Shown here one piece after another: positions 16,079 to 24,358 of a stretch of 24,358 bases of DNA (its first letter is position 1; every line of letters begins with the position of its first letter). A program made the position numbers and the translations under genes. The notes beneath the pieces were generated by a model. The model did no database searches. It was given only the letters and a program-made list of their open reading frames with translations, and was not told the DNA's origin. This DNA is from a virus (taxonomy: Duplodnaviria; Caudoviricetes). Location: positions 1-24,358 of the IMG/VR virus record IMGVR_UViG_3300045694_000036; one strand, given 5' to 3'.

Positions 16079-16127
16079 CCCCCACTCCCCGGCAGTGCCG
16101 GGGGCAGTACAGAAGAAAGAGCTGAAG

Positions 16128-16610
16128 ATGGATGCGCGTACCGCACGAAGCCTTTTGCGCTATGACCCTGAGACTGGAGAGCTGTTTTGGCGAATCCGCG
16201 CAAGTCAGCGCGTCAAGCCAGGAGACCGCGCAGGCGCTAACGGCGGAGATGGATATTTGACTGTTGGGATCAGAGGGAAAAACTGGGCGGCTCACAGGCT
16301 CGCGTGGCTGATACACCATGGACAACTCCCATCAGGGATGATTGATCACATCAACGGGGACCGCTCTGACAATCGCGCCGTCAATCTAAGAGATGTGACC
16401 CCCAAAGAGAATGCGCAAAATCTCCGGTCGGCGCACCGCGACAGCAAGTCAGGATTCCTTGGCGTCAGTCCGTACAGAAAGAAGTGGGCGGCGCAAATTA
16501 TGCGAGCAGGAAAGCTTCGCAGGCTTGGGAATTTTCCGACGCCAGAGGAAGCAGCTCAGGCATACCTGCAAGCGAAGGCCGAATTTGACGCTTCTGAAAC
16601 ACCCGGATAG
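16128..16610 (+). CDS. HNH endonuclease with C-terminal AP2-like domain
   Basis: YDPETG, AHRLAW, IDHINGDRSDNRAVNLR, EN-x-x-N, SGFLGV...LGNFPTPEEAAQAY. Confidence 0.95.
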   Translation: MDARTARSLLRYDPETGELFWRIRASQRVKPGDRAGANGGDGYLTVGIRGKNWAAHRLAWLIHHGQLPSGMIDHINGDRSDNRAVNLRDVTPKENAQNLRSAHRDSKSGFLGVSPYRKKWAAQIMRAGKLRRLGNFPTPEEAAQAYLQAKAEFDASETPG

Positions 16611-16643
16611 ACATCGCGGCGTCACGTCGCACTGGAGCCCAGG

Positions 16644-17193
16644 GCTATCACACATGCCCCTGCGTCCCTCGGGATAGAACGGCCGTTCTGGCGGGGGCAG
16701 TTGTGATGGCTTGACCCGCGTAACGCCGCGCTCAACGGCACAGCGGGTTTGAGAAGTTGGAGAACGGGGCGGACGAAATCCCGGTATGCCGCCGACCTGA
16801 TCGCCTTGTGCGTGAGGGTGCCGACTAGGGTGCCATCACCCCATTCTGGGCGGGTTGCCAGTTCCTGCAGCGGAATCAAACGCGGAGTGAACTGGACAGT
16901 GAACGTGGAGCTGCGAAAGACCACGAGGAATTGGGAACAGTGCCAGAGGATTCCCTGACGCCTCGGAAAGACGAGGACCATCATTGAGTCGGAATTGGCC
17001 GGGCTGTCGGCTGGGCCGTAGGGCGAAGCGAAGCACAAGACGCGACGCGCGGTTTTCTAAGACCTGGGGATCAGCGCCAGGACGACTCAATGATGGTGGA
17101 TGCGCAGTTGCGATGCGCGGTCAAGAGACACACAGCCTGATCGCATTGGGTGCTGTTGCCAATGCAAGCCGGACAAGCAACCGGCCACCATCA
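16644..17193 (+). ncRNA. Cluster of chained structured RNA modules
   Basis: Stems 16644-52/16702-10, 16703-10/16832-39, 16977-91/17083-97 (perfect 15 bp) and 17091-98/17186-93; no credible ORF. Confidence 0.6.
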
Positions 17194-17227
17194 ACCCTTT
17201 ACCCCTCGCCCCCTCCCACGGGGGTTT

Positions 17228-17254
17228 AGCCCAGCCACAGCGCTGGGCTTTTTT
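17228..17254 (+). terminator. Intrinsic terminator
   Basis: AGCCCAGC-cacagc-GCTGGGCT followed by a T-run. Confidence 0.85.
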
Positions 17255-17286
17255 ATTCCCACAGCCAACTTCTCAAGGAGCCGCAC

Positions 17287-17970
17287 ATGGCTGAATCGAC
17301 CGCGCCCAAGATCGTCATCAAGCACCGCTATAGCGAAGCGGTGTTGTTCGAGTTCCAGCCCACAGACGAGCAGCAGACCAGCGGGCTTGCCATGCGCGCG
17401 GCGCTGGAGGCGGCCACAAAGGGCGGCGCGAACCTGCGCGGCGCGTACCTGGGCGGCGCGAACCTGCGCGGCGCGAACCTGGGCGGCGCGAACCTGCGCG
17501 GCGCGAACCTGGGCGGCGCGTACCTGCGCGGCGCGAACCTGGGCGGCGCGAACCTGGACGGCGCGTACCTGGGCGGCGCGAACCTGGGCGGCGCGAACCT
17601 GGACGGCGCGTACCTGGACGGCGCGAACCTGCGCGGCGCGAACCTGGGCGGCGCGTACCTGGACGGCGCGAACCTGCGCGGCGCGAACCTGGGCGGCGCG
17701 AACCTGGACGGAGACAAGAAGCTAATCGGCGAACGCCCCGTTTTCACAGTCGGGTCCATCGGTTCACGATCGGATTTCTTCACCGCCTACATCACCGACA
17801 AAGGCCTCTACCTGCGCGCCGGATGCTTCTTCGGCACGGTAGCCGAGTTCGTCGCCAAGCTCGAAAAGACGCATGGCGCGAACCAGCACGCGCAGGAGTA
17901 TCGGGCCGCCCTGGAGCTGATGCAGTGCCACGCCCGCCTGTGGACGCCAGTGGAGGTCTCCCATGAATGA
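17287..17970 (+). CDS. Pentapeptide repeat protein with DUF5758-like C-terminus
   Basis: 19 x GA(N/Y)L(R/G/D); IGSR...AGCFFGT; AAGGAG RBS. Confidence 0.92.
   Translation: MAESTAPKIVIKHRYSEAVLFEFQPTDEQQTSGLAMRAALEAATKGGANLRGAYLGGANLRGANLGGANLRGANLGGAYLRGANLGGANLDGAYLGGANLGGANLDGAYLDGANLRGANLGGAYLDGANLRGANLGGANLDGDKKLIGERPVFTVGSIGSRSDFFTAYITDKGLYLRAGCFFGTVAEFVAKLEKTHGANQHAQEYRAALELMQCHARLWTPVEVSHE
17425..17709 (+). repeat. 19 tandem 15-bp coding repeats GGCGCG(A/T)ACCTG(CGC/GGC/GAC)
   Basis: Counted directly from the sequence. Confidence 0.95.
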
Positions 17971-18154
17971 GCAAGTCCATTCCACGATGCGCCCCTTCGT
18001 CAACGCGCTCCTGCACCGCCCCTGGCAAATGCTGGAAGACGTTGACCACTTGGCGCGCGAGCAAGCCATGCGGGAGCGGGACTACGCGCGCCGCCGTGCT
18101 GCGCACCCTGATCCCAGCGATCCCGATCACCCGGACGAACTGGAGGAAGCGTGA
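17963..18154 (+). CDS. Hypothetical protein (63 aa)
   Basis: GGAGGT RBS; coupled on both sides. Confidence 0.7.
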   Translation: MNEQVHSTMRPFVNALLHRPWQMLEDVDHLAREQAMRERDYARRRAAHPDPSDPDHPDELEEA

Positions 18155-18357
18155 TGCCCCCGATCGAGAACATCAAGACGGGCCTGCTGGCCCTTGCGGC
18201 CATCCTGATCCTGCTGGTTCTGCCTGCCTATCTGGACGGTCAGAGCGCGGCCGAAGTGGACGCGGCAGTTGCAGCAGAGGCAATAGCCGCCCCGATGGAT
18301 GCGCGAGAGCAAGCGCGGCGGGAGTGGCTTGAGCAGTTTGCGGAGGTGCGGCGATGA
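18151..18357 (+). CDS. Small membrane-anchored protein
   Basis: LLALAAILILLVLPAYL transmembrane segment; coupled. Confidence 0.75.
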   Translation: MMPPIENIKTGLLALAAILILLVLPAYLDGQSAAEVDAAVAAEAIAAPMDAREQARREWLEQFAEVRR

Positions 18358-18968
18358 AAGAGCGCCCGATCCTGTTTTCTGGCGCCATGGTGCGCGCGCT
18401 GCTGGACGGCACGAAGACGCAGACGCGGAGAGCTGTCGCCAATGTCGATCCGGACGGCACAGTGTGGAAGAGCCGCAGCCGCATGTATGGCGTGCGGCCA
18501 CACACCTCCGCGCCGCCTGACATCCTGGAGTGGTGCCCCTACGGACAACCTGGCGACCAGCTCTGGGTGCGTGAAGCTTTCATGCATGAGCCCGCCGACT
18601 ACTGCTGGGAGGCCAGCGTCAGCGTTCCGTGCAGACCGGCTGTCACAACCTACCGGGCAGACTGTCCGAACTCACAGCCCGGCGAAGGCTGGAAGCCCAG
18701 CATCCACATGCCCCGCGCGTTGTCGCGCATCACGCTGGGAATCACCAGCGTGCGCGTGGAGCGTCTGCAGGACATCAGCGAGGCTGACGCGCTGGCCGAG
18801 GGCATCGTGCGCCAGGCAGATGGCGGCTATGGCTTGGCCGACACCACGCACTACCACTTCACCGACCCGCGCCAGAGCTACCTGTCGCTGTGGGAATCCA
18901 TCAACGGCGCCGGCAGTGTGGAGGAAAACCCCTGGGTGTGGGCCGTCGAACTCCGGAGGCTGCCATGA
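18354..18968 (+). CDS. ASCH/PUA-like phage protein
   Basis: MKERPILFSGAMVRALLDGTKTQTRR, CPYG.PGD.LWVRE, WKPSIHMPR, VRVERLQDISEADALAEG, NPWVW. Confidence 0.85.
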   Translation: MKERPILFSGAMVRALLDGTKTQTRRAVANVDPDGTVWKSRSRMYGVRPHTSAPPDILEWCPYGQPGDQLWVREAFMHEPADYCWEASVSVPCRPAVTTYRADCPNSQPGEGWKPSIHMPRALSRITLGITSVRVERLQDISEADALAEGIVRQADGGYGLADTTHYHFTDPRQSYLSLWESINGAGSVEENPWVWAVELRRLP

Positions 18969-19105
18969 CCACCCCCACCGAATCCCCCGAGGAAATCCAC
19001 CTCACTCCCCTTGAATCCCTGGTGCTGTGGGCCCTTGCGTGTGTCGGCGGCTGTGCTGCTGCTGGCTTTGCCGCAAGCCTCGCTGCGGCGTACTGGATCT
19101 ATTGA
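18965..19105 (+). CDS. Small membrane protein (46 aa)
   Basis: GGAGG RBS, ATGA overlap, hydrophobic C-terminus. Confidence 0.65.
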   Translation: MTTPTESPEEIHLTPLESLVLWALACVGGCAAAGFAASLAAAYWIY

Positions 19106-19112
19106 GGAAACC

Positions 19113-20036
19113 ATGAACGCCATCGCAACAATTGAACAGTATGTCTACGGGGCTGAGAACAGCTTCCAGAGTGTGCTTGTGGACCGCTCGATCAACTTCG
19201 AGCGCGAAGCTGGATTTGCCATCCAGATTCTGACCGCTGGAGATTACATCGCCAAGTTGGCGGCGGGTGACCGGCAGTCCGTGGTCAACGCTGTGACCAA
19301 CATCGCAGCCATCGGCATCAGTCTGAACCCTGCCAAAAAGCAAGCCTATCTTGTGCCGCGCAAGGGAAAGATTTGCCTGGACATCAGCTACATGGGCTTG
19401 ATCGACCTCGCGATCCAATCGGGCTCGATCATGTGGGCGCAGGCGGGGCTGGTGCATGCCAACGATGCCTTCACACTCAATGGCTTCGACCGACCGCCAA
19501 CGCACGCTTTCAATCCGTTCTCGAAGGAGCGCGGAGAGGTGGTCGGGGCATTCGTGGTGGTCAAGACGCACAGCGGCGACTATCTGACCGAGTGCATGAG
19601 CCGAGAAGAAATCGACGCCATCAAGAATCGCTCTGAATCCGTCAAGGCTGGGAAGTCGTCCCCGTGGGACACCGACTACGGCGAGATGGCCAAGAAAACC
19701 GTGGTGAAGCGGGCCTACAAATACTGGCCGAAGTCCGACCGCCTGGATCAGGCCATCCACCACCTGAACACCGAGGGCGGCGAAGGGCTGGCATCGCTGG
19801 CGCCCAAGCCTTCGGCAATCGACCCGGCGCCAATCATCGACGGCGTGCGCGCGACGAAGACGGTCGATGAACTCAACGCGTACTGGGCAGAGCACAACGG
19901 CAAGCTCGCCAATGAGCTGCCATCGCATGACGCATTCAAGAAGGCCTGCCAGTCGCACAAGAAGCGCCTGACGGCGGAAGCGGCAAAGGCAGAGGCAACC
20001 GATGTGGAGGTGAAAGATGCCGTGGCTACATCTTGA
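19113..20036 (+). CDS. recT: RecT family single-strand annealing protein
   Basis: GISLNP...AYLVPR...ISYMGLIDLA...PW.TDY.EMAKKTVVKRA.KYWP. Confidence 0.93.
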   Translation: MNAIATIEQYVYGAENSFQSVLVDRSINFEREAGFAIQILTAGDYIAKLAAGDRQSVVNAVTNIAAIGISLNPAKKQAYLVPRKGKICLDISYMGLIDLAIQSGSIMWAQAGLVHANDAFTLNGFDRPPTHAFNPFSKERGEVVGAFVVVKTHSGDYLTECMSREEIDAIKNRSESVKAGKSSPWDTDYGEMAKKTVVKRAYKYWPKSDRLDQAIHHLNTEGGEGLASLAPKPSAIDPAPIIDGVRATKTVDELNAYWAEHNGKLANELPSHDAFKKACQSHKKRLTAEAAKAEATDVEVKDAVATS

Positions 20037-20664
20037 TCAAGGCTCAGAAGAATGGCTGACAGCTCGTCGGGGCAAGATCACCGGCAGCAGGTTCCGCGAT
20101 GCCCGCGAGAAGCTGAAAAGCGGCCAGCCTAGCAAGGCCTGCATGGACTATGCCCGCGACATCGCACGCGAGCGCGTTGGCGGCCACGCTCCGTCGAAGT
20201 TCCAGAACGCAGCAATGCGCACCGGCAACGAGCAGGAGCCGATCGCGCGCGCCATGTACGAGGGCCGCACGGGGCACATGGTAGATGAAGCTGGGTTCTA
20301 TCTGTCTGACGATGCGGTGTTTGGCCTCAGCCCGGACGGTCTGATCGATGACGACGGCGTGCTGGAAATCAAGACCATGGTTAGCAGCGACACCCTTTTC
20401 ACTGCCGTGGCCGATGGCGACATTTCGGCCTACATGGACCAGTGCCTGGGCTACCTGTGGCTGCTGGGCCGCCAGTGGGTTGATCTGGTGCTCTGGTGTC
20501 CCGACCTGCAGCACATGGTCATCCACAGCATCAACCGCGATGAGGACGCCATTGAAGAGCTGGAAACCGACATACTCGCGTTCGCCGGCCTGGTGAGTCA
20601 GTATGAGGCGAAGCTCCGTGCCGCCCTGGCGGCAAACGCCCCAGATGTTCGTGAGGCGGCTTAA
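20017..20664 (+). CDS. YqaJ/lambda-type exonuclease
   Basis: QGSEEWL.AR.G.ITGS, G.EQEP.AR..YE, SPDGL, LEIK, Y..Q. Confidence 0.93.
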   Translation: MPWLHLDQGSEEWLTARRGKITGSRFRDAREKLKSGQPSKACMDYARDIARERVGGHAPSKFQNAAMRTGNEQEPIARAMYEGRTGHMVDEAGFYLSDDAVFGLSPDGLIDDDGVLEIKTMVSSDTLFTAVADGDISAYMDQCLGYLWLLGRQWVDLVLWCPDLQHMVIHSINRDEDAIEELETDILAFAGLVSQYEAKLRAALAANAPDVREAA

Positions 20665-21071
20665 TGCCAGCGCCTTCGACCACGCGCGACGCCATCATCG
20701 CCGCGTTGCGTGAGTGCGGCCCCATGAGCGTGCCTGAGCTTGTCGAACACCTCGGATGGCCGCGCAACCGAATCAACGCCTGCCTGACGACAGCGCGCGC
20801 GAACCATCCGGGGAAGTTCTTCCGGATCGTCAGCTACCGCAAGCAGGTAGGTGTGCAGGGCCGGGAGACACCGGTTTATTCGGCAACTCCTGGCCCCGAC
20901 GCCCGGCGCCCTGCATTTGACCGGCAACACATCATAGATCGCCGCCACAGCTATTACCTGCGCAATCGAGCAAAACGCGCAGCAGAAAGAAGGCTCCGCA
21001 ACGGGGCGGCTGCCACGTGGCTCTCTGGCCTTGTACCGATGGCGCGGCGCGTAAGCGGACCCGGCCAGTAG
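20664..21071 (+). CDS. Winged-helix protein
   Basis: IIAALRECGPMSVPELVEHLGWPRNRINACL. Confidence 0.75.
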   Translation: MPAPSTTRDAIIAALRECGPMSVPELVEHLGWPRNRINACLTTARANHPGKFFRIVSYRKQVGVQGRETPVYSATPGPDARRPAFDRQHIIDRRHSYYLRNRAKRAAERRLRNGAAATWLSGLVPMARRVSGPGQ

Positions 21072-21082
21072 ATTCAACCACC

Positions 21083-21107
21083 AAGCCCGCCCAGCGCGGG
21101 CTTTTTT
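21083..21107 (+). terminator. Intrinsic terminator
   Basis: AAGCCCGC-ccagc-GCGGGCTT-TTTT. Confidence 0.9.
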
Positions 21108-21123
21108 CATGGAGCTGTTAGCC

Positions 21124-21594
21124 ATGACAGAAGCAGAACAACCTGAGGCGCTGCGGCTGGCCGACTGGCTGCAGAACGCCGTAGCCACATACCCACAAGT
21201 GAGCGAAGACGAGCCTGGAGGCTACTGCCAGGAGGTTGACCAAGTGATGGATGAAGCCGCCGCCGAGCTGCGCCGCCAGCACGCCCGCATTGCGGAGCTG
21301 GAGCAGCAGCTCTCCGCCATAGGCGCTGGTGGCGTGGAGCCCCTGCGCTCGCGCCAGTGCCTGCACCAGATCAGTGAGCCCAGCGTGTGGCGTCCCATTG
21401 AGACAGCGCCGAAGAATTCGGGATACGTTCTTCTGCGTGGCAAGCACGAACAGGCCGTTGCCAGCGGCTATTGGCTTCAATCGGCCTACGCGGGAAACGG
21501 CGCATGGATTTGGCCGTTCATGCACGTGAACCCGATCCTCTGGATGCCCCTGCCCTACCCCTCCAGTGCTGATGAGGGAGGGAGCAATGGGTAA
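21124..21594 (+). CDS. Mosaic phage protein with DUF551-like C-terminus
   Basis: QPEALRLAD...AAAELRRQHA; WRPIETAPK...WMPLP. Confidence 0.8.
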   Translation: MTEAEQPEALRLADWLQNAVATYPQVSEDEPGGYCQEVDQVMDEAAAELRRQHARIAELEQQLSAIGAGGVEPLRSRQCLHQISEPSVWRPIETAPKNSGYVLLRGKHEQAVASGYWLQSAYAGNGAWIWPFMHVNPILWMPLPYPSSADEGGSNG

Positions 21595-21814
21595 CGCTCT
21601 TTCGTTCCGCTGGCACAACCAAGCCGCCATAGACATGAGCGACCCGCGCGGTATCGCCGAATACACGCTGCCAAATGGGCAGGAAGTTTCGTTGCCGCTG
21701 CCGAACTTCACGACAGCGAACGCGCTGCACAACGCGCTTTACGACGCATTCGCCCATGCTCGCCAGGATGCCCGCGCCGGGCTGCTGGCTGAGATTTCGA
21801 GGATCACACCATGA
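21587..21814 (+). CDS. Hypothetical protein (75 aa)
   Basis: GGAG RBS; coupled. Confidence 0.7.
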   Translation: MGNALSFRWHNQAAIDMSDPRGIAEYTLPNGQEVSLPLPNFTTANALHNALYDAFAHARQDARAGLLAEISRITP

Positions 21815-23490
21815 CCACCAATACCAATGCCGCCCTGATAGCAGCAGCGCAAGCCGTCGTTGACCGCTGGGACACCCCAGCATGGAAGGACGTGGAACAC
21901 ACGGCTGTATTCATCAACCGCCTTCGCGCAGCCCTCTCCACCGCAGCAGCACAGCCGCCAGCGGGGTTTGTGCTGGCGCCGTGCGAGGCGACCGAAGAAA
22001 TGAAGACCGCCGCCGTGAAGTACGCGAACGGTACGGCGGTCTACAAGAATGTCGCTGTCGAGGCGCTTCGGATCGAGGAAGGCATCTACGGCGAGGTGTA
22101 CGGCGCCATGCTCGCAGCCGCCCCCAAGGCAGAGCCAGCGCCCGTTATGGGGAATCCCATATCGGCGCCTTCGGGCGAGTATCCGGCGCTGCCCGAGCCG
22201 GACGGCATGCTCGAATTCGGCTGCCCCGCATTTGGCGCCGAGAAGATGCACGCCTACTACGACCTGGGCCGCGACAAGGCAAAAGCCTGGATGCGGCTCG
22301 CAGATCAGCGGGCCATCGAAGTAGCCGAACTCAAGATCGAGCTGGGGCGATTGCGTGCACTCGCAGCATCCCCGACTGCCCAGGCAGCGCCTGCTGCTGT
22401 AGCGGTGCCAGCGGGCATCTACGTGGCGAGCCGCGCCAGTCTTCCTGAGCGCCCGGCCCGCTGGCGTGCGCTGCGCACTGCGGGTTGGCCCATCGTCAGC
22501 ACCTGGATTGACGAAGCTGGCCCAGGTGAAACTGATGACGTTGGCGAACTGTGGGTGCGCATCGCACGCGAGGTGGCTTCGGCGCAAGGCGTGGTGCTGC
22601 ATGTTGAGCCAGATGATTTCCCGTTAAAAGGTGCTCTCATAGAGGTGGGGATGGCCCTGTCGCTTGGAAAACGTGTTGGCGTATACGCCCCAGGTGTAGC
22701 GCTCGAAGGACGCTCCATGCGCCCCCTTGGCTCGTGGGCTGCCCATCCGCTTGTGCGCATCACGCCAACACTCCAAGGCGCACGAGATTGGATAGAGGCA
22801 GCACCTCAGCTACCAGCGGAAGCGCAGGAGCCGGTGAAGCGCGTCTATCTCGTTGCCACCGGAGAAGAACACGAAGGCGAAGCCACCTACACCCGCTACG
22901 ACGATGCTCCGCCGCCTCTGTGTGACGCCGAGTGCCTGTTCAGCCACCCAGCCCCACAGCAGGCAGTGCCCGCATACCAGCGCGCACTGGACATTCGCAC
23001 GGCCCAGGGCTGGAAGCTCGGCGGCGACAAGGTGCCGGTGCTCTACACCGACACGATCAACGGCGAGCAGGTGTGCCGCGATGACGTGTGGCTGTGCACA
23101 ACCGCTGCGTTCTCCGCTCAGCAGGCAGTGCCCACCTCCGAGCAAGCGGGGGCGCCAGTTGCGCACCGAATGTTGCGCAAGAATGGCTTCGGCAAATGGG
23201 TACATGACGCGAACTACTGGGCAGACGGCCCAGCACCGGCAGAGCTGGTCCGGGATTGCGCAAAATATCCCGGCCTTTACCGGATCGAATGCGCCTACGC
23301 CTCCCCCGCATCAGGTGGGGCAGCGCCTGTAGCAGAGGGGGATGCGGAGGATGCTGCGCGGTATCGCTGGCTGCGCGATACCGGATGCGGTGAATTCAAG
23401 CCGTTCACACATTCATGGATGAAAACCGCGCAGGAGTGTGATGCCGCCATCGACGCCGCCCGCGCCCAGGCCAAGGAAGGAGGCGTGTGA
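21811..23490 (+). CDS. Multi-module Ea-type phage protein with internal nucleoside 2-deoxyribosyltransferase-like domain
   Basis: IYVAS...STWID...KGALIEVGMALSLGKRV; modules separated by Ala/Pro linkers; C-terminal DAARYRWLRD...DAAIDAA. Confidence 0.8.
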   Translation: MTTNTNAALIAAAQAVVDRWDTPAWKDVEHTAVFINRLRAALSTAAAQPPAGFVLAPCEATEEMKTAAVKYANGTAVYKNVAVEALRIEEGIYGEVYGAMLAAAPKAEPAPVMGNPISAPSGEYPALPEPDGMLEFGCPAFGAEKMHAYYDLGRDKAKAWMRLADQRAIEVAELKIELGRLRALAASPTAQAAPAAVAVPAGIYVASRASLPERPARWRALRTAGWPIVSTWIDEAGPGETDDVGELWVRIAREVASAQGVVLHVEPDDFPLKGALIEVGMALSLGKRVGVYAPGVALEGRSMRPLGSWAAHPLVRITPTLQGARDWIEAAPQLPAEAQEPVKRVYLVATGEEHEGEATYTRYDDAPPPLCDAECLFSHPAPQQAVPAYQRALDIRTAQGWKLGGDKVPVLYTDTINGEQVCRDDVWLCTTAAFSAQQAVPTSEQAGAPVAHRMLRKNGFGKWVHDANYWADGPAPAELVRDCAKYPGLYRIECAYASPASGGAAPVAEGDAEDAARYRWLRDTGCGEFKPFTHSWMKTAQECDAAIDAARAQAKEGGV

Positions 23491-23765
23491 TGCGTTGCCC
23501 ATGCTGCGAATGCAACTGCGAGCGCCACGAGCCACCCGAGCCAGAAGAACACGACGCGCGCTTCAAAGGCCACGACATCAACGTGTCCAAGGACGCGCTC
23601 TCGACCAACTGGTACATCCGGGTCACGCATCCCAACGGGTCGAAGCTGTACGACGGCTGGTGGCGGGACTCAGCAAGCGCCACTTGGCAAGAGGCTATCG
23701 AAGAAGCCAAGCGCGGGGCGATGTTGATCCCCTCTGACGTCAACAAAGGAGGCCGCGATGACTGA
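23487..23765 (+). CDS. Hypothetical protein (92 aa)
   Basis: AGGAGG RBS; coupled. Confidence 0.75.
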   Translation: MMRCPCCECNCERHEPPEPEEHDARFKGHDINVSKDALSTNWYIRVTHPNGSKLYDGWWRDSASATWQEAIEEAKRGAMLIPSDVNKGGRDD

Positions 23766-24123
23766 CACCACAAGCGCAGCGCCGAGCGAGCGCGAACAGT
23801 TCGAGGCGTGGATGGCAAACCGACTTGGCCCTGCTGGCGCCGCTCATCCGTTCCTGACACACGCATCCGATGGGTATTACACGTTTGCAGCAACACAAGA
23901 GCAGTGGGAGGCTTGGCAAGCCGCCCGCCGCACCCAGCCCACGCCACCGGCTGTAGTGGAGCCGCTGACGGAGGAGCAAGCCGACCGCGCTGCACGGAAG
24001 ATGGCGGACATCATGGACTACCCGTGGGACTACATGCTGGAGCAAGGCAGGAATCAAATGCGCGAGCATGCCCGCGCTATCGTCGCCGCCGCCCACGGCA
24101 TCAAGGGGGACAGCCATGGCTGA
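23758..24123 (+). CDS. Hypothetical phage protein (121 aa)
   Basis: EREQFEAW...WEAWQAA and ARAIVAAAHGIKG modules; AGGAGG RBS. Confidence 0.8.
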   Translation: MTDTTSAAPSEREQFEAWMANRLGPAGAAHPFLTHASDGYYTFAATQEQWEAWQAARRTQPTPPAVVEPLTEEQADRAARKMADIMDYPWDYMLEQGRNQMREHARAIVAAAHGIKGDSHG

Positions 24124-24358
24124 CGCCCAAGAGCTGGCCGACCGCTGGTACGTGAGGCATGGCCCCTGCTGCGCTGGCTGTGACTGGTGGCACCAGCACA
24201 ACAGCATCGTGGGCGAATGCCGCCGCTCTGCGCCAGTGCCCGCCGATCAGCGCGCGGGAATGCTGGGCGGCGTGCACGGCACGACCTACCCGCTTGCGGC
24301 CGGCCATGTCCTGACGCCGCGCGAGCACCACTGCGGCGACTTCAAGGACGATTTCGAC
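24116..24358 (+). CDS. Cys-rich hypothetical protein (partial, MADAQELADRWYVRHGPCCAGCDWW...)
   Basis: Open to the window end; AAGGGGGA RBS. Confidence 0.7.
   Translation, partial: MADAQELADRWYVRHGPCCAGCDWWHQHNSIVGECRRSAPVPADQRAGMLGGVHGTTYPLAAGHVLTPREHHCGDFKDDFD

Larger units (their letters stand above)
745..24358. mobile_element. Lambdoid prophage/phage early region (immunity, replication, nin, recombination)
   Basis: Lambda-like gene order Q-ninG-dnaB-O-cro <-> cI ... pL-recT-exo with tight ATGA/TTGA gene coupling. The element's ends are not in the window. Confidence 0.95.

Noticed and set aside
14870-17193. Canonical tRNA genes
   Set aside because: No TTCRA T-loop, no 7-nt anticodon arm and oversized stems; tRNA-like in shape only.
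17425-17709. CRISPR-like repeat array
   Set aside because: Contiguous 15-bp in-frame coding repeats with no spacers, and no cas genes nearby.
19002-19958. 318-aa minus-strand ORF
   Set aside because: Antisense shadow of recT.

Overview
This is the early/control region of a GC-rich lambdoid (pro)phage. A betaproteobacterial host such as Comamonadaceae is my inference from composition and gene types. On the minus strand (8595 to 745) the pR operon runs cro-like, GIY-YIG/T5orf172, small regulators, an O-like initiator carrying iterons, DnaB helicase, a nin-like cluster (DUF3310-like, DUF1367, NinG) and a Q-like antiterminator. On the plus strand, a cI-like HTH repressor with no visible autocleavage domain heads about 6 kb of cargo lying between the OR and OL operators (CCCATAnnTGGG). 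The cargo is a HipA-like kinase + DUF3037 + thermonuclease operon, a BrnT/CopG-like TA pair, a candidate sRNA/small-peptide pair, a LexA-boxed two-gene operon and a HEPN-motif gene. The pL operon follows. It has two long non-coding tracts filled with tRNA-shaped RNA modules closed by TGATGG/CCATCA stems, then HNH-AP2, a pentapeptide-repeat protein, an ASCH-like protein, RecT, a YqaJ exonuclease and mosaic Ea-type genes. No integrase, att site, structural genes, true tRNA or CRISPR array is visible. All family calls come from motif recognition, not database searches.
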